A DNA stretch of 63,330 nt, counting the filler. It is 17 parts of 17 records of this genome, joined end to end, with 100 filler letters (N's around TTAATTAATTAA, not from the genome) between each part and the next. Parts side by side here need not be neighbours in the genome. Positions count along the whole stretch, not along the records: positions 60,898 to 63,330 come from SRR11831580_3994; 16 more parts are not named here. The stretch is one strand, 5' to 3'. Below the pieces are notes generated by a model that saw only the letters and a program-made list of their open reading frames with translations, was not told the origin of the DNA and made no database searches. This document shows, piece after piece, positions 61,667 to 63,330 of this stretch (positions within the stretch are counted from its first letter, which is position 1; every line of letters starts with the position of its first letter). A program made the position numbers and the translations under genes.

Positions 61667-62821
61667 TCATGCCTCTTTGACCCACAGCTGCGGAAAACGT
61701 ACTGGTGCAAAACGCAGGGTTATGATCATCAGCCCAACGACGCACAGCGCATGAAATGCCCAGTCCATCAGGTAATTGCCGCTGATACTACGCAGCACGC
61801 CAGAAAACCACGGGGCAAGCCCGGCGATGATAAAACCGATTCCCTGCATAAACGCCACCAGCTTGCCAGCAATAGCCGGTTGCACAGAGTGATCGAGCGC
61901 CAGCAGCAAACAGAGCGGAAACGCGCCGCCCAGACCTAACCCACACACCATCGCCCACAATACCGGCAATTGCATCGGCAGCCAGATAAAGCCGCAGAAC
62001 CCCACCAGTTGTAACACCAGCGCCAGCATTAACAGTTTGCGCCGATCCTGATGGCGAGCCATAGCAGGCATCAGCAAAGCTCCTGCGGCTTGCCCAAGCG
62101 TCATCAATGCCAGTAAGGAACCGCTGTACTGCGCGCTGGCACCAATCTCAATATAGAAAGCGGGTAACCAGGCAATCAGGCTGGCGTAACCGCCGTTAAT
62201 CAGACCGAAGTAAACACCCAGCGTCCACGCGCGGGGAGTGAATACCACGCGAACCGGAGTGGTTGTTGTCTTGTGGGAAGAGGCGACCTCGCGGGCGCTT
62301 TGCCACCACCAGGCAAAGAGCGCAACAACGGCAGGCAGCGCCCACCAGGCGAGTGTTTGATACCAGGTTTCGCTATGTTGAACTAACCAGGGCGTTATGG
62401 CGGCACCAAGCCCACCGCCGCCCATCAGAGCCGCGGACCACAGCCCCATCACCAGTGGCGTGCGCTGCTGAAACCGCCGTTTAATCACCGAAGGCATCAC
62501 CGCCTGAATGATGCCGATCCCCACCCCACCAAGCAGTGCGCTGCTAAGCAGCAGCGCACTTTGCGGGTAAAGCTCACGCATCAATGCACCGACGGCAATC
62601 AGCAACAGACTGATGGCGACACTGCGACGTTCGCTGACATGCTGATGAAGCCAGCTTCCGGCCAGCGCCAGCCCGCCCATGGTAACCACCGGCAGAGCGG
62701 TCAACAGGGCAGCCACGCTAAAGCTCATTCCGCTCGCCTGGCGCAATTGCGGTAGCAGTGGCCCGACGGAGGTGAGCAGTGGTCGCATATTAAGACCAAT
62801 CAGCACCAGTACCAGCAGCAT
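61667..62821 (-). CDS. cynX: MFS cyanate transporter CynX
   Basis: GLNMRPLLTSVGPLL; MFS hydrophobic pattern; 384 aa. Confidence 0.93.
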   Translation of the reverse strand: MLLVLVLIGLNMRPLLTSVGPLLPQLRQASGMSFSVAALLTALPVVTMGGLALAGSWLHQHVSERRSVAISLLLIAVGALMRELYPQSALLLSSALLGGVGIGIIQAVMPSVIKRRFQQRTPLVMGLWSAALMGGGGLGAAITPWLVQHSETWYQTLAWWALPAVVALFAWWWQSAREVASSHKTTTTPVRVVFTPRAWTLGVYFGLINGGYASLIAWLPAFYIEIGASAQYSGSLLALMTLGQAAGALLMPAMARHQDRRKLLMLALVLQLVGFCGFIWLPMQLPVLWAMVCGLGLGGAFPLCLLLALDHSVQPAIAGKLVAFMQGIGFIIAGLAPWFSGVLRSISGNYLMDWAFHALCVVGLMIITLRFAPVRFPQLWVKEA

Positions 62822-62853
62822 CGTGAACGTCTTTTGATGGTTGCGCATGGCTG

Positions 62854-63330
<477 letters not shown>

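Overview
This window is not one locus. It is 17 unrelated Escherichia coli (very probably K-12 lineage) chromosomal contigs of 2-13 kb, joined by 16 identical artificial 100-nt spacers (44 N + TTAATTAATTAA + 44 N). The genes are familiar: dpiBA/dcuC; yegJ-pphC-yegL with sibA/ibsA; malS-avtA; envZ-pck-yhgE-hslO-hslR-yrfG-igaA-nudE-mrcA-hofM; dosC-yddY-digH-gadC; nagE/nagBACD; hyi-gcl-allR-allA/allS; rtcA/malT; frdABC; rhaT/rhaRS; eutABCLKR/hemF; ybgQPO; sfmCDH; yjiHG-iadA; ydgH-ydgI; ypjA; lacA/cynXS. The most striking non-gene signal is two partial loxP sites at contig ends (24569-24593 and 33409-33432). Their TACG flank matches the Roche 454 Titanium paired-end linker as I recall it, so they are most likely untrimmed library linker rather than engineering. 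Nine single-base frameshifts (yegL, hslR, nudE, gcl, allA, malT, eutC, sfmD, ypjA) lie in or just after base runs and fit pyrosequencing error. I found no convincing previously undescribed system. The best biological leads are the TerY-P-like yegL-pphC(-yegI) module beside a Sib/Ibs toxin-antitoxin pair, small ORFs missed by the ORF track, and an sfmH signal peptide that lacks its expected ATG. Gene names and reference comparisons come from my recall of E. coli proteins, not from a database search.
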